A stretch of 63,992 nt of DNA, the filler included. It is 4 parts of 4 records of this genome, joined end to end, with 100 filler letters (N's around TTAATTAATTAA, not from the genome) between each part and the next. Parts side by side here need not be neighbours in the genome. Positions count along the whole stretch, not along the records: positions 1 to 29,855 come from SRR20825010_22; 3 more parts are not named here. One strand, given 5' to 3'. The first letter of the stretch is position 1. Each line of letters starts with the position of its first letter. A program made the translations under genes and the position numbers. The notes under the pieces were generated by a model that was not told where the DNA came from, ran no database searches, and saw nothing but the letters and a program-made list of their open reading frames with translations. Shown piece after piece: positions 11,272 to 21,634 of this stretch.

Positions 11272-11370
11272 AATATGGGTATGGCATTTAGGTCCGATTA
11301 ATTTCAAAAATGATTGGATCCAGGTCCATAAATTTGTTGTTATGGCAATGCACTGATAGCCTCCCTGCGT

Positions 11371-12669
11371 TCATTCTTTTTTCTTATTCATACCGATCTT
11401 AAGGTAAACACTCAATTTATCACTTGCGATAAAACAGCCGACACTTGAAAAAACACAGAATAGGGGTACCACCAACATCCCTATCCGCAACCCATTGCTT
11501 CCTGGTTCAGTGGATGCCGCATCACTGATCATCCCCACCAGCAACGGGGATATGGCAGCGGACAGCATTCCTGCGCCCATCATAAAGATCCCTGTTGCCA
11601 GGGCCTCTTTTCCTGGACCTGCCGCCATATGGCCCGATCCAAAGGCAAAAGGCAATAGGAAGGCAAAGGCGAACATGGCCGGCACAAAGAGCGCAATGCC
11701 CATGAATGATGAGGGTGCAAAGAGCCCCAACATCGTTGAGACCGCGGCTATCATCAGTACCATGGCCGGAGGGTTCATCAGTTTGGTCGATCCGCGATTC
11801 ACCGCCCTATCGAACCATCTTCCCCCAAGTAAGGTTCCTAATATCCCCATAAGGCCCTGTAAAAGCCCGAACGACAGTCCCACCTCGGATACGGTCAGGC
11901 CATGGGTCCTGATCAAAAAAGGAGCGGTAAAGGTATAAAAGGGTGCGGTGGCAAAACCCAATAGATTGGCCACAATGAACAGCCATACAAATGAGGGCTT
12001 GGAGAACAATTTTTTGGCCGACACCAGAAAACCTTCGTCATTGGCCTTGGCCTGCAGCATCCCATAGTTGCCCTTGGCGAACAAAAGGACCAATAGAACC
12101 ACCAGCAACCCGATAATACCGGCACCGATAAAAGCGTACCGCCAGCCCAGATGATCGCTTATCCATCCTCCCAAGGCAAAGCCGATCATGGTTCCCAACG
12201 GAATTCCCATGGCAAACAGTCCGATGGCCCGTCCCCGAAAAGCGGCGGGTATCCGATCCACAATCATGGCATGGCTTGCAGATGTCCCTCCTGCCTCACC
12301 AAGGGCAACGCCAAAACGTGAAAAGGCAAGAAGAACAAACCCAAAGGCCAATCCACCCAATACGGTCATGGCACTCCATAGCAAAAGGCACAGCACCAAC
12401 ACTTGCTTTGCCCACCCTTTATCGGCTATTCGCGCAAGGGGCAAGGAGGCCAAGGAATAGCAAATGGAAAACGCGACCCCTGTAAGGAGACCGAGCTGTG
12501 TATCATTGAGGCCAAGGTCCAGCTTGATCGATTCCCCCAAAATAAATGGCAGCACCCTATCTATCTGACTAAAGATGCTGACCAATACCAAGGTGATCAA
12601 AAAGGCGGTCCTTCTCCAACCGGACAACAGGACATTTTCATTAGGGTATGACACTAGGGGTCTGTTCAT
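11371..12669 (-). CDS. MFS transporter (spinster-like)
   Basis: About 12 TM segments; IDR, LNDTQLGLL, ARIADK, RFGVALGEAG, RGRAIG motifs. Confidence 0.9.
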   Translation of the reverse strand: MNRPLVSYPNENVLLSGWRRTAFLITLVLVSIFSQIDRVLPFILGESIKLDLGLNDTQLGLLTGVAFSICYSLASLPLARIADKGWAKQVLVLCLLLWSAMTVLGGLAFGFVLLAFSRFGVALGEAGGTSASHAMIVDRIPAAFRGRAIGLFAMGIPLGTMIGFALGGWISDHLGWRYAFIGAGIIGLLVVLLVLLFAKGNYGMLQAKANDEGFLVSAKKLFSKPSFVWLFIVANLLGFATAPFYTFTAPFLIRTHGLTVSEVGLSFGLLQGLMGILGTLLGGRWFDRAVNRGSTKLMNPPAMVLMIAAVSTMLGLFAPSSFMGIALFVPAMFAFAFLLPFAFGSGHMAAGPGKEALATGIFMMGAGMLSAAISPLLVGMISDAASTEPGSNGLRIGMLVVPLFCVFSSVGCFIASDKLSVYLKIGMNKKKE

Positions 12670-12686
12670 TCCTTTGGTTTTTTCGG

Positions 12687-13118
12687 TTATGGGACACGGG
12701 TCCAGTGAATAGTCCTACCTAACAGGGTCACTCCTTTAAAAGCCCTGGTTTCAAGTTCATTTTCACTTTGTAGTTCCCCTTTAAAACTATAGGTATTGCC
12801 ATCCTGGACACTGTACAATTTACCATTTTTGTACTCCCCTCCCCCATACACCAATTCGGTAATATGGGTTATCCCTTTTATGGGACGGTCCCGTAAGTTT
12901 TCATCTGGATTGTGCACATCTTTTTTGGGCGTGTTCCCATCCGGTTCGAACATCTCCCTAGACCATAGAAGCTTGGCCGAATAGATGTCTCCCTGCTTGA
13001 AGAACTCGATCTTATAGTCTTCACTTTGCCATACACCTATAATATGGTCCGGTCCCAATTTTTGGGCCATTGAACTGAGCGATATCAAAAAGATCGCTGC
13101 TAAAAACAAATTTCTCAT
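12687..13118 (-). CDS. DUF2147-like exported protein
   Basis: Signal peptide; GVW, DVHNPDENLRDRPIKG, GKLY...DGNTY, GRTIHWTRV. Confidence 0.8.
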   Translation of the reverse strand: MRNLFLAAIFLISLSSMAQKLGPDHIIGVWQSEDYKIEFFKQGDIYSAKLLWSREMFEPDGNTPKKDVHNPDENLRDRPIKGITHITELVYGGGEYKNGKLYSVQDGNTYSFKGELQSENELETRAFKGVTLLGRTIHWTRVP

Positions 13119-14065
13119 ATAACTGGTTTTTGATAATACACTTTTGCAAATTCTTTGGCGAAATCGGTGAGTTTCACTTTTCCCAATTCCGGTCTGTTTT
13201 TATAATAATCCTCATATAGGATCCCATTCACCCTACTGGTATTCATTTCGGTCAGGCCCATGGCCACATCGGGGTTCATTCCCAGATACAAAAGGTCGTA
13301 GACAAACTGTTCATCGGAGACCTGTACCCATTTGAGGTCAGGTTTCCCAATGGCCGACCCCAGCACACGTGCCACCTGATTGGGCGAAACCTCGTCACTG
13401 GCTATGTAACGGACCGTCCTTCCGTCAAAGGGCAGTTCCATTTCTTCGGAAATGACCTCTGCAATGTCCAGATGGGAAACCCAAGGTTCCCTTTGTTCAC
13501 CACCATAGTTTTGAAAGATGGCACTCTCTTCCCGGATACTGGGGATGAAGGAAAACATATTGTAATAGAAGCCCACCGGCCTCATAAACTTGATATGGAT
13601 ATGATCCGGGAGTGCCCTCAAGGTTTCCTCCACGTAATAGTGCGCATTGAGCAACCCTACCCCATAACCGGTGTGCGCTCCTATTGTACTGAGGTGGATG
13701 ACTTTGGACACCCCGGAATTTTTAAGGGCATGGGCAAAACTATCGGCCAGCTTGAAATGTTCCGCATCGATATCCATGACATGGTTGAAATAGGCCCTGG
13801 TATTCGCATTGATGGCTTCCATGAGGTAAACCACATCCGCTCCCCTGAACGTTTCGGTCAAAAAGCCGACATCCTGCAATTTTCCAATGGTGGCCCTTAC
13901 CTGTTTCCCATCCCATGGTGGGTTCAAGGCCTCGATGGCGAATTGCCGTTCCGGTCTGCTGCTTATGATGGTCACCTGATGCCCCTTTTCGATCAAGGAC
14001 AGGGCCAATGGACGACTGATATGCCCCAAGGATCCCGTTAAAATGATTTTCATACGATCCGCCAT
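13115..14065 (-). CDS. NmrA-like NAD(P)H-binding protein
   Basis: ILTGSLGHIS, HLSTIGA, RPVGFYYN; paralog of 19061-19957. Confidence 0.88.
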   Translation of the reverse strand: MADRMKIILTGSLGHISRPLALSLIEKGHQVTIISSRPERQFAIEALNPPWDGKQVRATIGKLQDVGFLTETFRGADVVYLMEAINANTRAYFNHVMDIDAEHFKLADSFAHALKNSGVSKVIHLSTIGAHTGYGVGLLNAHYYVEETLRALPDHIHIKFMRPVGFYYNMFSFIPSIREESAIFQNYGGEQREPWVSHLDIAEVISEEMELPFDGRTVRYIASDEVSPNQVARVLGSAIGKPDLKWVQVSDEQFVYDLLYLGMNPDVAMGLTEMNTSRVNGILYEDYYKNRPELGKVKLTDFAKEFAKVYYQKPVI

Positions 14066-14066
14066 A

Positions 14067-14849
14067 TTAACCAGCAACTCTTAACTGTTTCAACTTTCTG
14101 AACTCGCCATGGCCATATTTGATCAGGGCGTTCGGCAGGATCCTTCCCAATACTTTTAAGATCTTGGCCAGGCCCGGGGTGATTTCCGGTCTATCCCTCA
14201 AAATCCCATCGATGGCATCCATCACCATTTTCTCGACATCCATCATCCTTCCTTCCGGGGGTGGCAATACCCAATGGTTTTGGAGATTGGTCCTCACCCC
14301 TGGTGGCAGTACCTCGAACACTTTGATATTGGAATCTTCCAGTTGCAAACGCAAGACCTTGGTATAAGCATGGGCACCCGCTTTTGAAGCACTATAGATG
14401 GGTGCTATGGTGTACGGTAGATAGGCAATACTGGAAGTGACATTGATGATTGCTGCGGAAGTCTTTGTCCTCAAGTGTGGCAAGAACTTATGGGTCATTT
14501 GAATGGTTCCCGTCAAATTCGTCGCAATTTCTTGATTGATGCTCAACAGATCCATGGCATTGTCCTGAAGATCGATCTGACGCATTAGCCCGGCATTGTT
14601 GATCATAATGTTCAACTCGGGAAACTGCTGGACCACCTCGTTATAAAGCCTTTCGATGGATTCAGGCTCGCTGACATCGCTTTGGATGATATGTGCTTTT
14701 GGAAACCTTTTCTTGGTTTCCTCCAACGTATGGAGATTTCGACCGGTCACAATGATCTTGGCATCCAAATAGGTGAGCTGTCTCACGAATTCAAGCCCGA
14801 TACCACTTGTACCGCCCGTGATCAATATGGTGCTGTTTTTCAATTCCAT
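14067..14849 (-). CDS. Short-chain dehydrogenase/reductase (DltE-like)
   Basis: TGGTSGIG, NNAG, YSASK; start MELKN at 14849. Confidence 0.9.
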   Translation of the reverse strand: MELKNSTILITGGTSGIGLEFVRQLTYLDAKIIVTGRNLHTLEETKKRFPKAHIIQSDVSEPESIERLYNEVVQQFPELNIMINNAGLMRQIDLQDNAMDLLSINQEIATNLTGTIQMTHKFLPHLRTKTSAAIINVTSSIAYLPYTIAPIYSASKAGAHAYTKVLRLQLEDSNIKVFEVLPPGVRTNLQNHWVLPPPEGRMMDVEKMVMDAIDGILRDRPEITPGLAKILKVLGRILPNALIKYGHGEFRKLKQLRVAG

Positions 14850-14877
14850 TTCTTTGCTATGTTTCGATGCTTTCCTT

Positions 14878-17277
14878 TTATAGTTCAACCCTGACTCCGA
14901 AGGTGGGAAACACCCCGAGGCCGATATTGGAAATTACCCCCGTCTCTGGAATGAAGGTCTCTAGGTTCACATTGAACCGGTTGGTGATGTTCACCAAATC
15001 CACAAAGGCGGAAAAAGTGCCCCAACTCCGTAGGACGTTATAATCCACCCTCAGGTCCAAACTGATGAAATCGGGTAGCCGGTCCCCATTGATCGCAGTG
15101 ATCTCTTGGCTATATCGGAGCATTTCGGGGTCATTGAACACATCTTCATGGATGATATATTCATCGGTCGGCCTACCCGTGCTATAGCGGAACTTCCCTG
15201 AGAAAATCCACTTGTCATTGGGCTTATAGCTCCCCAAAAAACTGAAGGTATGGGGCACACTGAAGATATAGTCATATTCGCCCAGACCATCATTGTCGTC
15301 CCTGACACTCTCCATGTAGGAATAACTGATCTGTCCATAGTAATTCTTCGATAGCCTTTTGGTCAGACTGATGTCCGCTCCATAGGCATGGCCCGTACCG
15401 TCATTGGTCAAGAAACTCTCGGCCCGGTTGGGCTGTACGATAAGGTCGTCAAACTCCTTGTACCAACCTTCCGCAATGAATTTCAGGTCACTGGAAATTT
15501 GGATCTTATAGCCAAGAATGGACTGGAAGGAACGCTCATTTTTGAGGAGGTTTCCGTCGGATTGGCCTGCCACATCCGGATAGGCCGCATCCTGATAATA
15601 GAGCCCTGTAGCAAAATTAAGGCTGTGTTTTTCGCTCAAGGCCAAGCTTCCGCTCAATCTGGGGGAAAGGGTATGCTGCTCGGTAAATCCGGTATAATCG
15701 TAGCGGACACCAGGGTTCAAGGTAAATCGATTGGACACTTTCCAAGAGGCATTGATGTAACCGGAACCGTTGAAGGCGTTATCATCGAACCTTGAATTGA
15801 ACAGGGCGGGATCCAACACCTCGTACAGTTGCGATGGGTTGTCACTGATGTCCCTTGTCCGGAACGTATATAGGGTATCCATACGGCTCAATCGTCTTTC
15901 ATAGTCCAGATTGACCATCGCGGCATCGACTCCCGCTGTCAGGGTAAGCCTATCAAAATTTTTGGTATAGATGGAACGATAGCCCACTTCCTGTTGGTCA
16001 TTGAGAATGTTCCGTATACGTTCCTCATAACCCCCGGCCAATGGGTCCAATATGACCCCTTCGTCATCAAGGGACGGGTTGAACCTCCCAAAATTGTTGT
16101 CCACGCTTGAGGATCGATAATACAGTACATTGGTGAGGTAACTGTTGGAATTCAGCAAGGTCCTCAGATTAAGTCCCACTACGGCCTGGCTTCTTTCGTG
16201 GTCCCACAGCACGGTACGGCCACTATTGTCCTCATTGATCTCCATGCCCGGTTCCAGGTCATCAATGGTCCTACTGGCCGCTTCGGGATTGATCATGGCA
16301 ATGACCGAAAGCTTATTTTTTTCATTGAGCTGTGTGGTGGTCTTCACCAGGTAATCGCCAAATGATATGGAGGCCTGCTGTTCGTCCAACAGGTTGATCA
16401 GCATCCCAAAGTTTTGGTACCTGGCGGACATAAAAATACTTGTCTTCTCGGATATCGGCCCATCGGCGATCAGGGTGGCCCCCAACAGATCGAACTGCCC
16501 GCTAACGGACCAGGATGCCCTGTTGCCCTCCTTGACCCCGAGACTGAGAAAAGATGAGGACCTCCGTCCATAGGTTGCCCCGAACCCGCCATTCTGGAAC
16601 TGTACATTGTCAATGATACGCGGGGCAAAAATGCTGAACCGGCCACCATTGGGGTCGTTGAAACCTGAATTGAAACCTTCGGCCTCCAAGTGGGAAAGGT
16701 TGAACATGGGAATGTCATCGACCATATAGACATTGTCACGCGTGCCTTGCCCCCTGGCTGCGATGGCAGAGAATTGGGAGCCACTGCTGACCACCCCGGG
16801 TAGGCTTGACAAGGCCCTCATAATGTCCCCTTGTGCACCGGGATTCCTGAAAATCTCCTCCCTGGAATAGGAAAAGGCGGATACCGGAACCTGCGGATTG
16901 GTCTCCCCTTTGTAAACGCTCACCGTTACCCCGTCCAACTCGGAAACCTCCTCTAAAAGCTCGTATTCCGAATAATAGGTCTTATTGGCCGTAATGGTCA
17001 TTTCACTGATCTTCTTGGTCTGGAACCCGATATAGGAAATGGTCACTGCATAGGTGCCCACGGGAATATCATCGACCTTAAAGACACCATTATCATCCGT
17101 AATGGCGCCAAGTTCTGTGTTGTCAATGGCCACACTGGCTCCCATTACGGGCTGTTTGGTGACCTGCTCAATGATCTTTCCCTGAAAGCTTCCCGTTGAT
17201 TGGGCAAACACGGCCACATGGGCAAAAAAAAGGAACACTCCCGTCAAAAGATGTTTATTGTCCAAAATAGATTTCAT
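14878..17277 (-). CDS. TonB-dependent outer-membrane receptor with N-terminal carboxypeptidase-regulatory-like domain
   Basis: Signal peptide, ISYIGF, plug region (SLPGV, ARG, VDDIP), GVRYDY, LSPRLS, C-terminal GVRVEL. Confidence 0.92.
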   Translation of the reverse strand: MKSILDNKHLLTGVFLFFAHVAVFAQSTGSFQGKIIEQVTKQPVMGASVAIDNTELGAITDDNGVFKVDDIPVGTYAVTISYIGFQTKKISEMTITANKTYYSEYELLEEVSELDGVTVSVYKGETNPQVPVSAFSYSREEIFRNPGAQGDIMRALSSLPGVVSSGSQFSAIAARGQGTRDNVYMVDDIPMFNLSHLEAEGFNSGFNDPNGGRFSIFAPRIIDNVQFQNGGFGATYGRRSSSFLSLGVKEGNRASWSVSGQFDLLGATLIADGPISEKTSIFMSARYQNFGMLINLLDEQQASISFGDYLVKTTTQLNEKNKLSVIAMINPEAASRTIDDLEPGMEINEDNSGRTVLWDHERSQAVVGLNLRTLLNSNSYLTNVLYYRSSSVDNNFGRFNPSLDDEGVILDPLAGGYEERIRNILNDQQEVGYRSIYTKNFDRLTLTAGVDAAMVNLDYERRLSRMDTLYTFRTRDISDNPSQLYEVLDPALFNSRFDDNAFNGSGYINASWKVSNRFTLNPGVRYDYTGFTEQHTLSPRLSGSLALSEKHSLNFATGLYYQDAAYPDVAGQSDGNLLKNERSFQSILGYKIQISSDLKFIAEGWYKEFDDLIVQPNRAESFLTNDGTGHAYGADISLTKRLSKNYYGQISYSYMESVRDDNDGLGEYDYIFSVPHTFSFLGSYKPNDKWIFSGKFRYSTGRPTDEYIIHEDVFNDPEMLRYSQEITAINGDRLPDFISLDLRVDYNVLRSWGTFSAFVDLVNITNRFNVNLETFIPETGVISNIGLGVFPTFGVRVEL

Positions 17278-17300
17278 AGATATTTAAATTTTTGTTTGGA

Positions 17301-17360
17301 CAAAGTTCCCTTGAAGTTGACCGTAAAATGTAACCGAAAGTCGCAGGGTTGTAGTTAAAA
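17301..17360 (-). promoter_or_regulatory. Putative AraC-activated promoter of the TonB-receptor operon
   Basis: On + strand: CAAA (17301; TTTG of the -7 element on the minus strand), TGTAACCGAAA (17329), TGTAGTTAAAA (17350). Confidence 0.65.
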
Positions 17361-17392
17361 AGGAATGTCATACCATTGGTTCTCTAGGCATT

Positions 17393-18265
17393 TTAAAACC
17401 ATCCGATGATGCCCGGGCCCCACGAAAACCGGGTCATAAAGTAAGTGCCCAACAATACAAATCCGGTAGCCACCAATAACAGCAATGAGGCGGTGAACTT
17501 TAGAAATGGGCTTGCTTTGAAATTTTTGACCCTGATAAAAACTTCGGCTATCAGTAAGTTGGGCACATAGAAAAAAAAGTCCATGATCTGGTCAAAGGGC
17601 CCGCTAAAATTGCTTGCTCTTCCCAAACCACCCGTCAACAAGGTCCAAAACCCATAATCCATTCGGTACAGCCATGACCCGATGGCCAGGGCATACAGAC
17701 GCAGTGCCCATGCCGAATGCCGTTCAAATTGTCTCTTTACCGCGTAGCGATAGGTCAGGACAGTGGCCAAAAACATCAGCATACCATAGATTGAAAATCC
17801 AATGTCCATCATCAACCCTCCCACGGTGCCCCGTATCGCGATAAAAATCAGGCCTCCGATCGATGCAACCAGACTGGACACCAAATAAAGCTTTCCTATT
17901 CCCCGGTGGACGGAAGGGTATTTGATCCGGATCCAATCCACCAATTGGATACTTCCCAAAAGCAATATGACCCCTCCTGCAAGGAAGTGTGCCCCTATAC
18001 CCGTGTTTGCCACCACCGCGTCTTCCTGATAAAGGTTGGGCAACATCCGGTTCCAATCCATCATTTCACCACGGTAAAGGGACGAAGCGTAAAAGGCCAA
18101 GATATACAGGCCGAAAAGTGCGGCACTGAGCCATACGGATACGACCAATAGCCTACTGGACCAGCGTAAGGTTTGGGCGCTTATTTTAGCTATTTGGGAA
18201 TTATCCTCCCCAATGGAAACGGCCATGGATCTTGTCAAATTTGGTTTGGGATGGTTGTTGTTCAT
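17393..18265 (-). CDS. DUF2306-like membrane protein
   Basis: Multi-TM; HFLAG, GSIQL, HRGIGKLY, HSAWALRLYAL His-containing motifs. Confidence 0.78.
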   Translation of the reverse strand: MNNNHPKPNLTRSMAVSIGEDNSQIAKISAQTLRWSSRLLVVSVWLSAALFGLYILAFYASSLYRGEMMDWNRMLPNLYQEDAVVANTGIGAHFLAGGVILLLGSIQLVDWIRIKYPSVHRGIGKLYLVSSLVASIGGLIFIAIRGTVGGLMMDIGFSIYGMLMFLATVLTYRYAVKRQFERHSAWALRLYALAIGSWLYRMDYGFWTLLTGGLGRASNFSGPFDQIMDFFFYVPNLLIAEVFIRVKNFKASPFLKFTASLLLLVATGFVLLGTYFMTRFSWGPGIIGWF

Positions 18266-18350
18266 TGCAATGGGATAATTGATTAAGATGGAAAACAGAC
18301 AGATGGACCAAGGGTCGAACCCGCATATTTCCTTACATGGTTTATAGGTT

Positions 18351-18410
18351 CAAAAATTAGCAAAGCATACACAAGGGATGTAGCCAAAACTCACTTTCTT
18401 GAAGTCAAAA
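18351..18410 (-). promoter_or_regulatory. Putative AraC-activated promoter of the DUF2306-like gene
   Basis: CAAA (18351), TGTAGCCAAAA (18379), TGAAGTCAAAA (18400). Confidence 0.65.
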
Positions 18411-18620
18411 GGCGCCAAAGGAAGGGACAGACCTGTCCTTAAAGGTCGAACAGATGGGTTTTATCCCCCATTCATCAATCGACCCTAGGGGGGAAAGCCC
18501 TCCGGTCCGTGGTTATCATCAATCAACTTAGAACAACCAAAAAAGTCCTTTGGGACCGAAGGGACATTCCCATTTTTAGGGTAAAAAACAAACCTATTTC
18601 ACAACTAAACTTGCGATGTA

Positions 18621-18680
18621 CAAATGTGGTCATAAATCAAAGCAACGATGTAGTCGAATCATCCCTAATTGTAGCCAAAA
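18621..18680 (-). promoter_or_regulatory. Putative AraC-activated promoter with no adjacent ORF
   Basis: CAAA (18621), TGTAGTCGAAT (18649), TGTAGCCAAAA (18670). Confidence 0.55.
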
Positions 18681-18973
18681 GGACATAGGTCGGCATGGGC
18701 TGCAAGTAAATTTTGGGATTATGGAAAAAATGAAAAATCAGGTCCCTCTATATAAGGTATCATACGTCATCCGGGCACAGTTGGACCTTAGGGATACCCA
18801 AAAACCCTTATAAAATGGACAGACCTGGGTACAATGAAGATTGAAAACCATGATTTTTGGGTTGGCACACTTTTCATTAAAACATACAGCAGGCACCCCT
18901 TGAAAACAACCCTGATGGGGAAGGCAAAATTGAATCGCTATCAGTTTGCTCCACAAAGCACCAAGAACCTGTC

Positions 18974-19033
18974 ATTTGACTACAAGAACCTGAATTACGG
19001 TTAGCCGGGGCACAGGAAGTATGTGCAATTTTG
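18974..19033 (+). promoter_or_regulatory. Putative AraC-activated promoter of the NmrA-AraC operon
   Basis: Mirror arrangement: ATTTGACTACA (18974-18984), TTACGGTTAGC (18995-19005), TTTG ending at 19033. Confidence 0.6.
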
Positions 19034-19060
19034 AACCTGTTAATCCTTAAAAAAGAAATC

Positions 19061-19957
19061 ATGAAAATTACCCTGACAGGATCATTGGGCCATATTGGAC
19101 AACCACTGACCAAAAAATTGATCGAAGGGGGGCACGAGGTCACCGTGATCAGTAGTAACCCCTTAAGAGGAGCCGCTATTCAAAATATGGGGGCATCGGC
19201 ACGTATTGGCAATCTTGAAGATGCCGGCTTTTTGACAGATAGTTTCCATGGGGCGGACGCGGTTTTCACCATGGTCCCACCCAACAACTATTTTGACCCG
19301 AATCTGGACCTTATTGCTTATTATGCCCGTTTGGGCCAAAATTATGCATTGGCCCTATTGACATCAAAGGTCAAACGGGTAGTCAACCTAAGTACCATTG
19401 GGGGCCATTTGGAAAAGGGGAACGGTATTTTAAAGGGGGCCTATCAGGTGGAGCAGACATTGAATACCCTTGTACCCGATATTACCCTGACCCATGTGCG
19501 CCCCACGGCCTTTTATTACAATCTCTACGGATATATGAAAATGATAAAAACGGACAAGGCCATCTTTACGAACTATGGAAGCAAAGCTATCCCATGGGTA
19601 TCCCCGAAGGATATAGCGGAAACCATTGCCGAGGAGCTCGTCCGCTCCGGTTCCGCTCCCTCGTTTCGATATGTGGTCAGTGAGGAACGCAATGGCCAAG
19701 AGACAGCGGCAATTTTGGGTAGGGCCATTGGGGTGCCTGAGCTCTCATGGCAGGTCATTTCGGACACCATTGTTGTGGACGCCCTAAAATCCATGGGGAT
19801 GAACTCCGTAATTGCCGAAGGGCTCACGGAGATGTACGCTGCCATGGAATCCGGTCTTTTGACCGAGCACTACGAGCAGCACAGGCCCGAACCAGGAAAG
19901 GTAGGCCTTACCGATTTTGCCAAGGAATTTGCGGAAGCTTACCAAAATAACCATTAA
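19061..19957 (+). CDS. NmrA-like NAD(P)H-binding protein
   Basis: MKITLTGSLGHIG, NLSTIGG, RPTAFYYN; start 19061. Confidence 0.9.
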   Translation: MKITLTGSLGHIGQPLTKKLIEGGHEVTVISSNPLRGAAIQNMGASARIGNLEDAGFLTDSFHGADAVFTMVPPNNYFDPNLDLIAYYARLGQNYALALLTSKVKRVVNLSTIGGHLEKGNGILKGAYQVEQTLNTLVPDITLTHVRPTAFYYNLYGYMKMIKTDKAIFTNYGSKAIPWVSPKDIAETIAEELVRSGSAPSFRYVVSEERNGQETAAILGRAIGVPELSWQVISDTIVVDALKSMGMNSVIAEGLTEMYAAMESGLLTEHYEQHRPEPGKVGLTDFAKEFAEAYQNNH

Positions 19958-19966
19958 ATTGGTGGT

Positions 19967-20878
19967 ATGGAGAACAAGGCACCCCATGAATTTCAGAGCA
20001 TAAGCGCATATCATCAATTCAGGGGTTTACCGGCCCCTGAACACCCCTTGATCAGTGTCATCAATTTTGACGATATCCAATTAAGGACGGATGAACCCGA
20101 TCGCATGGTTTCCAGTTACTTCACCATTGCCCTAAAGCGACATCCCGGGGCCCGGTTAACATATGGACAACAGGAATATGATTTTAACGAAGGGGTCATG
20201 CTCTTCATGGCACCGGGACAGGTTTTTGGAATCCGTGGGTCAATAAATGAAAGGCCCAAGGGGTGGTTGTTGATGGTCCATCCCGATTTTCTATGGAACA
20301 CCCATCTGGCCCGTGGCATAAAGGATTATGAATATTTTGATTACAGTGCCAACGAGGCCCTTTTTCTCTCCCAAAAAGAGGAAGGCTCCATCATCGAAAT
20401 CTTAAAGGGCATCGCCCAGGAATACCATGCGAACATGGACCATTTCAGCCATAGCATCATCATTGCACAATTGGACCTGCTCCTATCCTATTCCCAACGG
20501 TATTACAATAGGCAGTTCATCACCCGAAGGATCACCAACCATAAAATGGTGGAACGGTTGGAAAAATTGTTGAACACCTACTTTTCGGATGACACCTATC
20601 AACTGGGGGGTATCCCTACCGTAGAGCAAGTGGCGGGATGGTTGCATGTTTCCCCTAAATATCTCAGTGGGCTTTTAAAGGGGATTACGGGGCAATCCAC
20701 ACAACAGCATATCCATAACAAACTTATTGACAAGGCCAAGGAAAAATTGTCCACCAGTACCTTATCGGTCAGTGAGATTGCCTATGAACTGGGCTTTGAA
20801 CATCCACAGAGTTTCAGCAAATTTTTCAAATCGAAGACCGACCAGTCCCCCACTACATTCCGTTCCAGTTTCAATTAG
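19967..20878 (+). CDS. AraC-family transcriptional regulator
   Basis: PEHPLISV, YGQQEYDFNEG, HPDF; SEIAYELGFEHPQSFSKFFK. Confidence 0.93.
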   Translation: MENKAPHEFQSISAYHQFRGLPAPEHPLISVINFDDIQLRTDEPDRMVSSYFTIALKRHPGARLTYGQQEYDFNEGVMLFMAPGQVFGIRGSINERPKGWLLMVHPDFLWNTHLARGIKDYEYFDYSANEALFLSQKEEGSIIEILKGIAQEYHANMDHFSHSIIIAQLDLLLSYSQRYYNRQFITRRITNHKMVERLEKLLNTYFSDDTYQLGGIPTVEQVAGWLHVSPKYLSGLLKGITGQSTQQHIHNKLIDKAKEKLSTSTLSVSEIAYELGFEHPQSFSKFFKSKTDQSPTTFRSSFN

Positions 20879-21142
20879 ACACATATCTTTCGGGCCCATT
20901 TTAAACTATCTCGGATAGGGTTTCAAGGGTTGTTTGAGGGTTGATACCATTTACATTAACTTCAAAAGCATCCCTAATTCCGTTTCTCCCAGTGATGGTT
21001 CGAAATATTCGGTGCACCATAGGTAATGGTGCTTGAGGCCCAAGAAATACCTCCTACTACAAAATCATCTTCTGTATCAAGTGCGTTGTTGTCATAAATC
21101 AGGCCATTTACATGGATTAGGTTCGGAACCTCCCTTCTGGAA

Positions 21143-21511
21143 TTATTTTGGTTGGTTTTCATCGGCCAACTTTTTTCTATGACCAACACCCCAATCTATC
21201 AAGGACTCCAATACCCCGTTCAAGGAAGCACTATAGTCATCGAGTACATACTCCACAATGACCGGAAATTCATCAACGAGCACATTACGTGTGACCAAAC
21301 CATTTGATTCGAGGGATTTCAGCTCAGCTGACAGCACCTTTGCCGATATTCCGGACACCGCCCGTTGAATTTCATTGAAACGCTTGTTCCCTTCCCTAAG
21401 GGCGATGATAATACGCAATTTCCATTTGCCCCCAATGACGTATAGGGCATCCTCCATGGCATGGATATAGGCATTGCATTGGGTTTTATCCGGTTCTGTG
21501 CTCGTTTTCAT
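21143..21511 (-). CDS. HxlR-family transcriptional regulator
   Basis: DALYVIGGKWK, RFNEIQR, ISAKVLSAELKSLE, VEYVL; N-terminal Cys. Confidence 0.92.
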   Translation of the reverse strand: MKTSTEPDKTQCNAYIHAMEDALYVIGGKWKLRIIIALREGNKRFNEIQRAVSGISAKVLSAELKSLESNGLVTRNVLVDEFPVIVEYVLDDYSASLNGVLESLIDWGVGHRKKLADENQPK

Positions 21512-21527
21512 TACACATCAATAAACT

Positions 21528-21545
21528 ACTTACCTTTTTGTAAGT
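21528..21545. promoter_or_regulatory. Putative HxlR-family operator
   Basis: Palindrome ACTTAC-N6-GTAAGT between the divergent HxlR and DoxX genes. Confidence 0.6.
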
Positions 21546-21634
21546 CGGTTACATTTTGTTCAGTAGTGATTTTTGTATAGTAAATATAAATAATTTTATC
21601 GCTCATTAAATCCAATTAATCAATACTGTTAAAA

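Noticed and set aside
18707-18813. Short ORF MEKMKNQVPLYKV... after a TAAATTTTG element, possibly a truncated divergent regulator
   Set aside because: Only 30 codons and no recognisable motif
20974-21189. 71-aa ORF downstream of HxlR
   Set aside because: Overlaps the HxlR 3' end, has no recognisable motif and a weak start
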